Assembly: GCA_030637655.1 (NCBI GenBank)
Contig: DAOWGI010000080.1
Coordinates: forward strand, 1-35,608
Direction: 5' to 3'
From: a candidate division FCPU426 bacterium
Lineage (GTDB): Bacteria; Oederibacteriota; JAAXVQ01; JAUVAV01
Length of the DNA: 35,608 bases
Notes under the pieces: generated by a model
The model's input: only the letters and a program-made list of their open reading frames with translations
Databases searched by the model: none
Told to the model about the DNA's origin: nothing
Shown: in pieces, positions 8,784 through 18,962 of the stretch
Numbering within the stretch: position 1 is the stretch's first letter
Layout of the letters: every line of letters starts with the position of its first letter
Position numbers and translations under genes: made by a program

Positions 8784-9518
8784 ATGGCTAAAAAACGGTA
8801 TTCACACAAACAAATACGAAAAAGCATTAAACAAGATGAACTCCGAAACGCACTGACTCGTATTGTTGCGTTTGGTAAAAAAAACACGGAAAATATTTTA
8901 ATTTCGGCAATTATTTTTATCGTGATCCTGGTACTCATTCCTTTATATTTTAATAATCGCGAGAAGAACGAGGAACGTGCCACCGGACTTTTGAATCGTG
9001 CCATGAATTATTCCAGGCAACCGGTAGCCGGAAAATTTGCCGACCCCGGCAGCGGCACTTTTCGTACCAGGGAAGAAAAGTATGGGAAAACCCAAGAGTT
9101 GTTCAATGAAATTGCCGGTACCTATCGCAGTACTCGTGCCGCTCAGATTGCCAAAGTAGGTGAGGCCAATTCCTTTTTTTATTTGCAAGAGTATGAGAAA
9201 GCCATAGCGCTGTATCAAGAGGCAAAACTGAAGCAATCCGATGCGCAACTCAAGTTGACACTGGATGAGCGGATTGCGGCTTGCCAGGACAATTTGCAGA
9301 AATGGCAAGCAGCCCTGGATGTGTATCAAGCTATTTTGAGTGAAGCGCCGGAGTATTTTAATAAACGCGCGGTACGTCTGCAGATGGCTCGTTGCCATGC
9401 CAATTTGAACCAAAAGGAGAAGGCTAAGGAAATTTTAGCAGCGGAAAAAAACGAGGAACCAGGCAGTTATTGGTCTGAAGTCGCCAGACGCCAAATGCTG
9501 GAGTCGGCAGGTAACTAA
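8784..9518 (+). CDS. Membrane-anchored TPR protein (YfgM-like)
   Basis: Basic N-terminus, single TM helix, helical TPR-type repeats (YEKAIALYQE, WQAALDVYQA). Confidence 0.8.
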   Translation: MAKKRYSHKQIRKSIKQDELRNALTRIVAFGKKNTENILISAIIFIVILVLIPLYFNNREKNEERATGLLNRAMNYSRQPVAGKFADPGSGTFRTREEKYGKTQELFNEIAGTYRSTRAAQIAKVGEANSFFYLQEYEKAIALYQEAKLKQSDAQLKLTLDERIAACQDNLQKWQAALDVYQAILSEAPEYFNKRAVRLQMARCHANLNQKEKAKEILAAEKNEEPGSYWSEVARRQMLESAGN

Positions 9519-9529
9519 AAAATAAAGGC

Positions 9530-9558
9530 TTGACAGGGGTTTGAAGGTAAGCTATTTT
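9530..9558 (+). promoter_or_regulatory. Sigma70 promoter of tRNA-Ala
   Basis: TTGACA-17 bp-TATTTT, 22 nt upstream of the tRNA. Confidence 0.6.
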
Positions 9559-9579
9559 TTCTCTTCAGGAAATACCCAA

Positions 9580-9656
<77 letters not shown>

Positions 9657-9664
9657 AATTCGAC

Positions 9665-9698
9665 AAGCGGCGTTTCGTGTAAACGGAACGCCGCTTTT
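9665..9698 (+). terminator. Rho-independent terminator
   Basis: AAGCGGCGTT...AACGCCGCTTTT hairpin with T tail right after the tRNA. Confidence 0.7.
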
Positions 9699-9705
9699 AT
9701 TAGGA

Positions 9706-9949
9706 AAAAGAATTCAGTATCCAGAAGTCAGGATTCAGAATGAAAAACCAGAAGACAGAATCCGGAATGTAACAGGTCAGTCATGCGATTTTTTATTTGT
9801 CATCCGTGAATGCAGCCCCCACCCTGTCATCCCCGAATGCTTGTATCGGGGATATGGTTTAAAAAACCAGATTCCCGATTAAATCCTCGGGAATGACAAC
9901 CTTTGTTTAACCGCAGTTCACTGACCTATTATGTATCCTGAATTCTTTT
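9706..9949. repeat. Nested inverted-repeat elements (heptamer-rich outer arms, GTCATCCCCG...GGGAATGAC core)
   Basis: AAAAGAATTCAG/CTGAATTCTTTT, AGGTCAGT/ACTGACCT, TGTCATCCCCGA/TCGGGAATGACA. Confidence 0.7.
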
Positions 9950-9975
9950 TATTGCATCCATGACAAAGGTTGGGG

Positions 9976-10782
9976 ATGATGTCACCTATTATTGATTTTC
10001 ACGTCCATATTTACCCGGACGAGTTGGCAGCCACAGTAGTTTCGGAATTGCAATCCCGTTGTGGTTTTCAACCCTGTTTCGATGGTACCCTCTCGGGCTT
10101 GCGCTTGTCCATGCAAACCTGCGGGATTGATATTTCAGTGTTGCAGCCAGTGGCAACCAAACCCAGTCAGGTGCGTCACATTAATCAGTGGTCTGCTGTC
10201 CTCAATACTGAGTCTGATCTCATTGCGTTTGGCGCTTTGCATCCGGATCTCTCTGTTGAGGAAGTGGAAGCGGAAATTGAATTTTTTAAAACACATGAAA
10301 TACGGGGTGTGAAAATGCATCCGGAGTATCAAGAATTTTATCCGGATGATCCGCGTTTGGAAGTCATCTATCAGGCCTTGGAAAAAAACAAAATACATTT
10401 ATTATTGCACGCTGGGATGGACTTGGGTTTTGCTCCGCCGGCAAAGGCAACTCCGGAGAGAATACTGCAGATTCACAAAGGCTTTCCGAAATTGACCATC
10501 ATCGCAGCACATCTGGGCGGTTTTCAGATGTGGGAGGAAGTCGGCAAATATTTAGTTGGCACTCCGGTGTTTTTGGATACAGCGTATTGCTTGCAGGACG
10601 CTCCCTCTCCCCAGTTGCTGGAGCTTATTCGCGCTCACGGATACCAGCGGGTTTTGTTTGGAAGTGATGCGCCCTGGGGAAATCAGAGTAAACAGGTATA
10701 CACCATGAAAAACATGCCTTTGCCTCCACTGGAACGCGCTGCCATGCTGGGAGGAAATGCCTTCCGTTTGTTAGGAGTGTAG
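9976..10782 (+). CDS. Amidohydrolase-family (Amidohydro_2) metal-dependent hydrolase
   Basis: IIDFHVH, GVKMHP, LLHAG, AAHLGG, LFGSDAPW. Confidence 0.92.
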   Translation: MMSPIIDFHVHIYPDELAATVVSELQSRCGFQPCFDGTLSGLRLSMQTCGIDISVLQPVATKPSQVRHINQWSAVLNTESDLIAFGALHPDLSVEEVEAEIEFFKTHEIRGVKMHPEYQEFYPDDPRLEVIYQALEKNKIHLLLHAGMDLGFAPPAKATPERILQIHKGFPKLTIIAAHLGGFQMWEEVGKYLVGTPVFLDTAYCLQDAPSPQLLELIRAHGYQRVLFGSDAPWGNQSKQVYTMKNMPLPPLERAAMLGGNAFRLLGV

Positions 10783-10883
10783 GAGTGTCCTGGAAAAAAA
10801 TGTAGCAAATGCTGTAGACAAGAGTTCTCTGATTTGTTCTATTAGAAGCATTACATAATATTGAAAAGGTGGGTGAAGGCGGC

Positions 10884-11348
10884 ATGCGTGACTTGGAAAC
10901 TATTCGCAATGTTGAAATATTCAGTGATCTGTCTGATAAAGAATTGGCTACTGTAATCCGCAGATCCAAGCAGATGGAATATAAGACGGAAGGAATCATT
11001 GTGCGCGAGAAAGCAGCGGGAGGAATGATGCATGTTATTTTAGAAGGGAGCGTCGAAGTTCGGAAAAAAACTCCGGATGGAATCGATAAACCCTTAGCCA
11101 TTCTGAATGAAGGCTCGGTTTTTGGTGAAATGTCACTTTTTGACGGACATCCGTATTCAGCCAGTGTGGTGGCCAAAGAAAACACTTCTACCTTAACCTT
11201 GTTTCATAATGATTTTATGGAAATGGCTGAATCAGAACCTACCTTAGCCTTGAAAGTGACTGTGAATTTGATTAATACACTGGCCACGCGCTTGCGCAAA
11301 ACCAATGATAATTTAGTCACATTTGCTACTTTGCGGGGAAAGAGCTGA
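10884..11348 (+). CDS. Stand-alone cyclic nucleotide-binding domain protein
   Basis: IFSDLS..EL, ILEGSVEV, GSVFGEMSLFDGHPYSASVVA; no HTH. Confidence 0.9.
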   Translation: MRDLETIRNVEIFSDLSDKELATVIRRSKQMEYKTEGIIVREKAAGGMMHVILEGSVEVRKKTPDGIDKPLAILNEGSVFGEMSLFDGHPYSASVVAKENTSTLTLFHNDFMEMAESEPTLALKVTVNLINTLATRLRKTNDNLVTFATLRGKS

Positions 11349-11365
11349 AAACCACGAAGGCACGA

Positions 11366-11410
11366 TGTAGGGAACGGTGATGTAGGGAACGGTCGCGACC
11401 GTTCCCTACA
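11366..11410. repeat. Half REP plus perfect 28-bp REP palindrome
   Basis: GTAGGGAACGGTCGCGACCGTTCCCTAC at 11382, identical at 14968 and 20864. Confidence 0.9.
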
Positions 11411-11465
11411 AATGGGATTCCCTTCGGTTGCGACCGTTCTACTTTAATAAATCTGCATTAATTTA

Positions 11466-11493
11466 TTGACATTTATAAAAATCTCCTTATTAT
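11466..11493 (+). promoter_or_regulatory. Putative sigma70 promoter of ilv-leu operon
   Basis: TTGACA-16 bp-TATTAT in AT-rich DNA. Confidence 0.55.
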
Positions 11494-11550
11494 ATCTCTT
11501 TAATTCTCTTTTTTATTTTCTGTTTTTTCTGAAAGCGAGGTGGTGGGAAG

Positions 11551-13212
11551 ATGCGTAGCGATGTCATGAAAAAAGGTGTGGCCAAATCCCCACATCGTTC
11601 CCTTTTAAAAGCAATTGGATATACTGATGAGGAACTAAAACAGCCGATTATTGGTATTGCCAATTCTTTCAATGAAATTATACCTGGGCACGTTCACCTG
11701 AAAAATCTGGTGGAAGCAGTTAAAGCCGGGATCCGTATGGCCGGTGGAACTCCCATGGAATTCAATACCATCGGAATTTGTGATGGTATTGCCATGAATC
11801 ACGAGGGCATGAAATATTCCCTGGTTTCCCGGGAAATCATTGCGGATTCTGTGGAAGTAACAGCCATGGGAACACCGTTTGACGGGTTGGTGATCTTGCC
11901 TAATTGTGACAAAATCATTCCGGGTATGCTCATGGCAGCAGCACGAGTGAATATTCCCACGGTCATGGTTTCCGGTGGCCCCATGTTACCTGGTGAATAT
12001 CGCGGAAAACGGATTGACTTAATTAAAGGTCCTTTTGAAGGTATGGCGCAGGCCATGGCCGGGAAGATTTCTGAAAAAGAATTTTGTGCTATGGAAGACT
12101 CAGCCTGTCCGACCTGTGGCTCTTGCGCAGGGTTGTTTACGGCTAATACCATGAATTGCCTGGCTGAAGCTTTGGGTATTGCGCTGCCTGGCAATGGTTC
12201 GGCGCCGGCTGTGACCTCAGAGCGGATCCGTTTGGCCAAACTGGCAGGCGTTAAAATTATGGAAGCTGTGCGTAAAAAATTAACTCCGGACAAGTTGCTT
12301 ACGCTTGGCGCCTTTCATAATGCAATTGCCGTGGATGTGGCTATGGGAGGCTCAACCAATACAGTGTTGCACCTGCCGGCTATAGCACATGAAGCTGGAA
12401 TTGAGTTGGATTTGGAAGAATTCAACCGGGTTTCCAAAAAAACACCACACCTGTGCAATGTTAGTCCGGCTGGAAATCATTTTATGGTGGATATCCACCG
12501 CGCCGGTGGTGTGCAGGCAGTGATGAAGGTGTTGGCGGAAAAAGGTTTGATCAATACTAAATTGCCAACCGTGACCGGCCGGAGTGTGGGCCGGAATTTG
12601 AAGAACGTAAAAGTGCTGGATACAGATGTGATTCGTCCGGTTTCCCAGGCATATCACAAAAAAGGCGGGTTGGCCATTTTACGCGGCAATATCGCGCCGG
12701 AAGGCAGTGTGGTGAAACAGTCTGCTGTGGCGGTGGAGATGATGCATAGCATTGGACGGGCACGCGTGTTTAATAGCGAGGACAGTGCTTTTAAAGCCAT
12801 CATGAATGGAAAAATCAAAAAGGGAGATGTGGTGGTAATCCGCTACGAGGGACCTAAAGGCGGACCTGGTATGCGGGAAATGCTATCACCTACCAGTTCC
12901 ATTGCCGGTATGGGATTGGACAAATATGTGGCGCTAATCACGGATGGCCGTTTTTCCGGTGGAACCCGGGGCGCTGCTGTTGGTCATGTTTCTCCTGAAG
13001 CCGCGGCCGGTGGACCCATAGCCGCTATTTGTGAGGGGGATAAAATTGAAATCGATATCAACAAGCTGAAAATTAATTTATTGATTTCAGAGAAAGAGTT
13101 GAAGCAACGGATGGCGAAATTAAAAGTAAGGCCGTCCAAGAAATACCAGGGGGTGTTAGGGCGCTATGCCCGCCTGGTAACCTCAGGAAGCACCGGAGCG
13201 GTATTAAAATAA
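11551..13212 (+). CDS. ilvD: Dihydroxy-acid dehydratase
   Basis: [44 protein letters not shown]. Confidence 0.98.
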   Translation: MRSDVMKKGVAKSPHRSLLKAIGYTDEELKQPIIGIANSFNEIIPGHVHLKNLVEAVKAGIRMAGGTPMEFNTIGICDGIAMNHEGMKYSLVSREIIADSVEVTAMGTPFDGLVILPNCDKIIPGMLMAAARVNIPTVMVSGGPMLPGEYRGKRIDLIKGPFEGMAQAMAGKISEKEFCAMEDSACPTCGSCAGLFTANTMNCLAEALGIALPGNGSAPAVTSERIRLAKLAGVKIMEAVRKKLTPDKLLTLGAFHNAIAVDVAMGGSTNTVLHLPAIAHEAGIELDLEEFNRVSKKTPHLCNVSPAGNHFMVDIHRAGGVQAVMKVLAEKGLINTKLPTVTGRSVGRNLKNVKVLDTDVIRPVSQAYHKKGGLAILRGNIAPEGSVVKQSAVAVEMMHSIGRARVFNSEDSAFKAIMNGKIKKGDVVVIRYEGPKGGPGMREMLSPTSSIAGMGLDKYVALITDGRFSGGTRGAAVGHVSPEAAAGGPIAAICEGDKIEIDINKLKINLLISEKELKQRMAKLKVRPSKKYQGVLGRYARLVTSGSTGAVLK

Positions 13213-13225
13213 TTATAAAAACAAC

Positions 13226-13253
13226 GTAGGGGCGGGTTCCAAACCCGCCCTTA
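13226..13253 (+). repeat. GTAG REP
   Basis: GTAGGGGCGGGTTCCAAACCCGCCC. Confidence 0.85.
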
Positions 13254-13280
13254 TAGGGAAATATATTTGGAGGAAATATC

Positions 13281-14960
13281 ATGAATGCTGAAAAAACAGG
13301 TGCTGAAATATTTGTGGAAAGTCTTTTGCGTGAGAAGGTGGAAGTGCTCTTCGGCTATCCCGGAGGTGTGCTGCTACATATCTTTGATGCCCTTTATTCA
13401 TCGGACTTGCGCGTGGTTTTGCCCCGCCATGAACAGGGAGCTGCGCACATGGCTGACGGTTATGCTCGTGCTACCGGTCGGGTGGGAGTCTGTCTGGCCA
13501 CCTCAGGTCCGGGAGCCACCAATTTGGTGACCGGCATTGCCACGGCCTACATGGATTCCATTCCAATGGTTGCGCTGACCGGCCAAGTGATAACCAGCAT
13601 GATTGGGAATGATGCGTTTCAGGAAGTGGATATTATCGGGATTACCCGGCCCATTACCAAACACAATTTTTTGATCAAGGATGTGAAGGACATTGCACGT
13701 ACTATCCAAGAGGCGTTTTATATTGCCTCTAGCGGTCGTCCGGGTCCGGTCTTGGTGGATATTCCCAAGGATGTGAGCGTGGCCAAATGTATTCCGGAAT
13801 ACACAGATCAGGTGGAGATTCGGAGCTACCGGCCAAACCTGATACCGCACATCAATCAGATCAAGAAAGCGGCAGTTCTCATCGCAGAAGCCAAGCGTCC
13901 TTTGGTGTATGCCGGCGGCGGGGTTATTCTTGCTAATGCTTCGGATGAGTTGCGGAAATTTGCTGAAAAAATTAATGCTCCGGTGACATTGACCTTATTG
14001 GGGTTGGGAGCTTTTTCGGGTAACCACAATCAGTTTGTCGGCATGCCGGGTATGCACGGCACCCGGACAGCCAACTATGCGATTCAAGAGAGTGATTTGA
14101 TCATTGCTGTGGGTGCGCGTTTTGATGACCGCGTGACCGGGAGGGTAGATCACTTTGCCCCGAATGCCAAGGTTATTCATGTGGATGTGGATCCGGCCAG
14201 TATTTCGAAAGTGGTTACCGTGGATGTCCCCATAGTGGGTGATGCCAAACAATCTCTGCAAGGTCTATTGCAGGAAGTGAAAAGCGCTAAGTATGATGAC
14301 TGGTGGAAACAGATCAATGAGTGGCAAACCAAATTTCCGCTAACCTATGATAAAAAGAATGGGAAAATCAAGCCGCAGCTTGTGGTGGAAACTCTGTATA
14401 AGGTGGGCGGTGAAGAATTGTTTGTGGCAACAGATGTGGGACAGCATCAAATGTGGACCGCGCAATTTTTTAAATTCACCCGTCCCCGGCAATTGGCCTC
14501 TTCCGGCGGTTTGGGAACCATGGGGTATGGTTTTCCAGCAGCTATTGGAGCGCAAGTGGGATTGCCGGGAAAGAAAGTGGCTGTGATCTCAGGGGATGGC
14601 AGCTTTCAAATGAATATGCAGGAATTGGCTACTGCTGTGATCAATAAACTGCCGGTGAAAATCATTCTGCTGAACAATGGTTTTCTGGGTATGGTTCGTC
14701 AGTGGCAAGAGTTATTCTACGGCAAACGCTATTCCTCGACCCATATTGAGAATTCGGTTGATTTCGTAAAATTGGCAGAAGCCTTTGGTGCTACCGGGTT
14801 GCGGGTGACTGAAAAGGGTAAACTCGAAGATACTATAAAACAAGCCTTTGCTACCGAGGGTACGGTTTTGGTGGATTGCCAGGTGGAAGAGGAAGAGAAT
14901 GTCTGGCCCATGGTGCCGGCCGGAGCGCCGATTCATGAGATGATCGGCGAATTTGCATAA
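13281..14960 (+). CDS. ilvB: Acetolactate synthase large subunit
   Basis: FGYPGG, RHEQGAAHMADGYAR, TSGPGATN, DVGQHQMW, ThDP motif GDGSFQMN...NN. Confidence 0.98.
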   Translation: MNAEKTGAEIFVESLLREKVEVLFGYPGGVLLHIFDALYSSDLRVVLPRHEQGAAHMADGYARATGRVGVCLATSGPGATNLVTGIATAYMDSIPMVALTGQVITSMIGNDAFQEVDIIGITRPITKHNFLIKDVKDIARTIQEAFYIASSGRPGPVLVDIPKDVSVAKCIPEYTDQVEIRSYRPNLIPHINQIKKAAVLIAEAKRPLVYAGGGVILANASDELRKFAEKINAPVTLTLLGLGAFSGNHNQFVGMPGMHGTRTANYAIQESDLIIAVGARFDDRVTGRVDHFAPNAKVIHVDVDPASISKVVTVDVPIVGDAKQSLQGLLQEVKSAKYDDWWKQINEWQTKFPLTYDKKNGKIKPQLVVETLYKVGGEELFVATDVGQHQMWTAQFFKFTRPRQLASSGGLGTMGYGFPAAIGAQVGLPGKKVAVISGDGSFQMNMQELATAVINKLPVKIILLNNGFLGMVRQWQELFYGKRYSSTHIENSVDFVKLAEAFGATGLRVTEKGKLEDTIKQAFATEGTVLVDCQVEEEENVWPMVPAGAPIHEMIGEFA

Positions 14961-14967
14961 AATTTTG

Positions 14968-14995
14968 GTAGGGAACGGTCGCGACCGTTCCCTAC
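14968..14995. repeat. Perfect 28-bp GTAG REP palindrome
   Basis: GTAGGGAACGGTCGCGACCGTTCCCTAC. Confidence 0.9.
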
Positions 14996-15019
14996 AGAGA
15001 ATAGTTAGGAGAAAACATT

Positions 15020-15514
15020 ATGAGGCATACATTATCCGTTTTGGTTGAGAATAAACCTGGTGTCCTGGCCCGTGTGGCAGGCTTGTTTTCAGGACGTGGC
15101 TTTAATATTACCAGTCTGACTGTGGGCGAAACTGAAGATGCGACCACTTCACGCATGACTATCGTCGTGACTGGGGATGATGCCATATTGGAACAGATCA
15201 CCAAACAATTGAACAAATTGGTGGATGTTATTAAAGTGTACGATTATACGGGTGAAGCCCATTTGGAACGTGAATTGGCCCTGGTAAAGGTGCAAGCGGA
15301 GATCAAAGAACGTCCGGAAATTATTCAATTGGCTGAAATTTTTCGCGCCAAAATTGTAGATGTCTCAGATCGTACGTATACACTGGAAATTACCGGCACA
15401 GCGGAAAAGGTGAATGCCTTTATCGATTTGCTCAGACCGTTTGGAATACGTGAACTTATTCGCACCGGTACCGTGGCCTCGGCCCGGGTAGTAAAAAAGA
15501 AAAAGTTAAAATAA
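15020..15514 (+). CDS. ilvN: Acetolactate synthase small subunit
   Basis: ACT domain VENKPGVLARVAGLFSGRGFNI; KQLNKLVDV; ERELALVKV. Confidence 0.97.
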   Translation: MRHTLSVLVENKPGVLARVAGLFSGRGFNITSLTVGETEDATTSRMTIVVTGDDAILEQITKQLNKLVDVIKVYDYTGEAHLERELALVKVQAEIKERPEIIQLAEIFRAKIVDVSDRTYTLEITGTAEKVNAFIDLLRPFGIRELIRTGTVASARVVKKKKLK

Positions 15515-15515
15515 T

Positions 15516-15543
15516 GCAGAGACGTAAAATTCTACGTCTCTAC
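15516..15543 (-). repeat. GTAG REP (GTAGAGACG class)
   Basis: Minus strand GTAGAGACGTAGAATTTTACGTCTCTGC. Confidence 0.8.
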
Positions 15544-15574
15544 AAATTTGAAAACACAAGGGGGTTTAAACACA

Positions 15575-16570
15575 ATGGCCAAAATGTATTTTGATAAGGA
15601 TGCCGATTTAAAAATTTTAAAAGGAAAAACGATAGCGATTATAGGTTACGGCAGCCAAGGACACGCGCATGCGCTGAATTTAAAAGATTCCAAAATGAAT
15701 GTGGTTGTCGGTGAACTTGAAAATTCCAAAGCCTGGATGGTGGCGGAAAAAAGTGGTTTGAAAGTGAAGACAGCGGATCAGGCGAGTAAAGATGCCGATA
15801 TTATCATGATCCTGGTGCCGGATCCATTGCAGCCCATGATCTATGAACAAGCCGTGAAGCCGAATTTGAAAAAAGGCAAAGCCATTGCTTTCGCGCATGG
15901 TTTTAATGTTCACTACAGCCAGATTGCGGCACCTTCCAATGTGGATGTGTTTATGGTGGCTCCCAAAGGTCCGGGTCACATGGTGCGCCGGGTCTTCATG
16001 GAAGGCGGCGGAGTTCCCGGTTTGGTGGCTGTGCAGCAGAACGCCGGCGGTCATGCCATGCAGATCGCTTTGGCGTATGCCAAAGGTATTGGCTGCACGC
16101 GCGGTGGTGTGATGGAAACCACATTCCGTGATGAGACCGAGACCGATCTCTTTGGCGAACAAGTAGTGCTGTGCGGTGGTCTAACTGAGTTGGTTAAAGC
16201 CGGTTACGACACCCTGGTTGAAGCCGGCTACCAGCCGGAGAATGCCTATTACGAATGTATGCATGAATTGAAATTGATCATTGACCTTATGTATGAAGGC
16301 GGCATTGCCGGTATGAGGTACAGCATCTCCGAGACGGCTAAGTATGGGGATATTACCCGCGGTAAGCGAATTATTACTGATGAGACTCGTGTTGAAATGA
16401 AGAAAATTCTGAAGGAAATCCAGAGCGGCGAATTTGCCCGGGAATGGATCCTGGAAAATAAAGCCGGCCGTCCGGTCTACAACGCAATATTACGTCAAGA
16501 GGCTGAACATCCGATTGAAACGGTAGGCAAAAAACTACGGAGCATGATGGGGTGGATCGCAAAGAAATAA
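15575..16570 (+). CDS. ilvC: Ketol-acid reductoisomerase
   Basis: [42 protein letters not shown]. Confidence 0.98.
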   Translation: MAKMYFDKDADLKILKGKTIAIIGYGSQGHAHALNLKDSKMNVVVGELENSKAWMVAEKSGLKVKTADQASKDADIIMILVPDPLQPMIYEQAVKPNLKKGKAIAFAHGFNVHYSQIAAPSNVDVFMVAPKGPGHMVRRVFMEGGGVPGLVAVQQNAGGHAMQIALAYAKGIGCTRGGVMETTFRDETETDLFGEQVVLCGGLTELVKAGYDTLVEAGYQPENAYYECMHELKLIIDLMYEGGIAGMRYSISETAKYGDITRGKRIITDETRVEMKKILKEIQSGEFAREWILENKAGRPVYNAILRQEAEHPIETVGKKLRSMMGWIAKK

Positions 16571-17319
16571 AGCGGGTCAAATTACGGAGGAAAGCAAATT
16601 CTCCGAAACGCAAAAAAGAATCGGCCCGGCCCTGGCGCCGACTTGTTCCGTATTTTTTCATGGGAACCGTTTTTGTACTGGGTTTCCTGGCATTGCTTTT
16701 AGTTATCAACGGGCAGTTGGCACTGGCTGGGCGCATTATTCTTGCGGCCATGATTTTTGCGGGAGCGGAATATTACTTTCGGCATTATTCCAGTGGTCCC
16801 AGCAGCATGGAGCATGAATTTTCCGCGTTGAGTGATTTCTTTTGTTTTGCCGTGGTACCTGGTTTTTTAATGTACCAATTGGCCTTTCGCGGTTGGGGCA
16901 TTTTAGGTTTGATTGGAATGTTTGTTATTATATTTGGCGCGCTGATACGGCTTTCCTTGTACAAACTGTACAATCCCATCACCGTCAAACGGGGATTTAT
17001 AGGAATACCGGTCACTATTTCCGCGGCGTTTATAGCTCTGATGGCGCAGTTGTTTTTGCCGGAACACATTGAGCCTTTGCACCGTTTAATGCTTTTGGGC
17101 AGTGTGACCGGACTAATGTTTCTAACGGTTAGCACCATTTCTTATCCGAATCCGACGGACCGGCCGTTTATTTTTGTGCTGGCTTTCATTATGGTGTTGG
17201 CAATTTTTTTCGGACCACCGATAGCCTTGGGATCCACCTGGCTTTTGTTGGCCGGAGGAGCGGCATATATTATTATCGCACCATTGGGTGTGAAGAAAGG
17301 AGGTGGGAATCATGCCTGA
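16552..17319 (+). CDS. PssA-like CDP-alcohol phosphatidyltransferase homolog with degenerate active site
   Basis: Multi-[38 protein letters not shown] match the PssA pattern; ilvC-pssA-leuA position; catalytic motif mostly absent. Confidence 0.75.
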   Translation: MDRKEIKRVKLRRKANSPKRKKESARPWRRLVPYFFMGTVFVLGFLALLLVINGQLALAGRIILAAMIFAGAEYYFRHYSSGPSSMEHEFSALSDFFCFAVVPGFLMYQLAFRGWGILGLIGMFVIIFGALIRLSLYKLYNPITVKRGFIGIPVTISAAFIALMAQLFLPEHIEPLHRLMLLGSVTGLMFLTVSTISYPNPTDRPFIFVLAFIMVLAIFFGPPIALGSTWLLLAGGAAYIIIAPLGVKKGGGNHA

Positions 17320-18880
17320 AGTGGTAAAAATATTCGATACCACATTGCGCGATGGAGAACAATCTCCAGGCGCCAGTCTGGATGTGAATCAAAAAGTAGA
17401 GGTGGCGCGCGCCTTGGAAAGTTTGGGAGTGGATGTGATTGAGGCAGGGTTTCCCATCTCCTCGCCTGGTGATTTTGAAGCTGTACGGGCGGTAGCCAAG
17501 ACAGTCAAGGAACCGATTGTGGCCGGTCTGGCGCGCTGCCATAAAGCGGACATCGATGCTGCCTGGAAAGCACTTCGCGTGGCCAAACATCCACGGATTC
17601 ATCTTTTTCTTTCCACCTCAGACTTGCACATGAAATACAAATTGAAAAAGAAACCGGAAGAAGTGTTACGTATCGCCATTGAGATGGTTCGTTACGCCAA
17701 ATCCTTGTGCCAGGATGTTGCGTTTTCGCCGGAAGATGCCACGCGCACGGATCTGCCGTTTTTGATCCGGGTGGTGGAAGCGGTGATTGCTGCCGGAGCT
17801 ACGAGCGTAAATATTCCCGATACAGTTGGGTATACCACTGCCGGTGAAATTGCCTCGATTATTCAAACCCTGCAGGAGCAGGTTGCCAATATCAAAACGG
17901 TCACCTTGTCCGTGCACTGTCATAATGATTTGGGCATGGCCACTGCGAATTCCCTGGCAGCAGTTCGGGCCGGAGCCCGGCAAGTGGAATGCACTATTAA
18001 TGGTTTGGGAGAACGGGCCGGAAACGCAGCTTTGGAAGAGGTTGTAATGGCGATCAAAACCAGGGCCAAGTATTATGGTGTAAAAACTAATATCCGAACT
18101 AAAGAGATTGTTCGTATCTCGCGCTTGGTTTCCACCGCTACGGGTATTATGGTGCAGCCGAATAAAGCTATCGTGGGCGCCAATGCGTTTGCGCATGAAT
18201 CAGGTATTCATCAAGATGGCATTATCAAAAATCCGTTGACCTACGAGATCATGGACGCCAAGGATATCGGGCTGAAAGCCAATCGCCTGGTGCTGGGAAA
18301 ACACTCCGGTCGACATGCCTTGAGCAAACGCTTGAAAGAATTAGGATATCCCTTGGAAGGTGAAGGTCTGCAAAAGGTCTTTGGAAGTTTTAAAGATCTG
18401 GCAGATAAGAAAAAAGAGATATTTGATGAAGATTTGATCGCCATGATGGAAGAACAAGCCGGCGCGCCGGCAGAAGTCTATGTCTTGGACCATGTCCAAG
18501 CTACGTCCGGAAGCAACATGGTACCCACTGCTGCTGTGCGTCTAACCAAAGCTGGAAACGCTCTGCATGGTTCAGCTACTGGCGATGGTCCGGTGGACGC
18601 AGTGTATAAAACCATTGATGCACTGGTAAAGAAACAACATAAATTGGTGAATTATTCCATCCAAGCCATTACCGGCGGCACGGATGCGCAAGGTGAAGTA
18701 ACAGTGCAGTTGGCCGAGCACGGACGCACAGTAACCGGCCGCGGGGCAAATACGGATATTATCGTGGCCTCGGCCAAAGCGTACATCAATGCTTTGAATC
18801 GTTTAGCCAGTTTGGAAGCAGCACGTAAAACCGGCGGCCGTGTTGCCGCTAAAAAGAAGGTCAAAAAAGCGCGGGTGTAA
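17312..18880 (+). CDS. leuA: 2-isopropylmalate synthase
   Basis: DTTLRDGEQSPG, HCHNDLG, GERAGN, HESGIHQDG, regulatory domain GDGPVDA; AGGAGG RBS. Confidence 0.97.
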   Translation: MPEVVKIFDTTLRDGEQSPGASLDVNQKVEVARALESLGVDVIEAGFPISSPGDFEAVRAVAKTVKEPIVAGLARCHKADIDAAWKALRVAKHPRIHLFLSTSDLHMKYKLKKKPEEVLRIAIEMVRYAKSLCQDVAFSPEDATRTDLPFLIRVVEAVIAAGATSVNIPDTVGYTTAGEIASIIQTLQEQVANIKTVTLSVHCHNDLGMATANSLAAVRAGARQVECTINGLGERAGNAALEEVVMAIKTRAKYYGVKTNIRTKEIVRISRLVSTATGIMVQPNKAIVGANAFAHESGIHQDGIIKNPLTYEIMDAKDIGLKANRLVLGKHSGRHALSKRLKELGYPLEGEGLQKVFGSFKDLADKKKEIFDEDLIAMMEEQAGAPAEVYVLDHVQATSGSNMVPTAAVRLTKAGNALHGSATGDGPVDAVYKTIDALVKKQHKLVNYSIQAITGGTDAQGEVTVQLAEHGRTVTGRGANTDIIVASAKAYINALNRLASLEAARKTGGRVAAKKKVKKARV

Positions 18881-18904
18881 TCGGATTGGATTTTATTTGT
18901 ATCC

Positions 18905-18932
18905 GTAGGGGCGACCGGCCGGTCGCCCCTAC
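18905..18932. repeat. Perfect 28-bp GTAG REP palindrome
   Basis: GTAGGGGCGACCGGCCGGTCGCCCCTAC. Confidence 0.9.
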
Positions 18933-18962
18933 ATTTATATTATTTGAAAGGGGTTGTTCATC

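Noticed and set aside
11410-11550. T-box or leader-peptide attenuator for ilv-leu
   Set aside because: Leader after the putative promoter is under 60 nt, with no T-box motif or Leu/Ile/Val-rich mini-ORF
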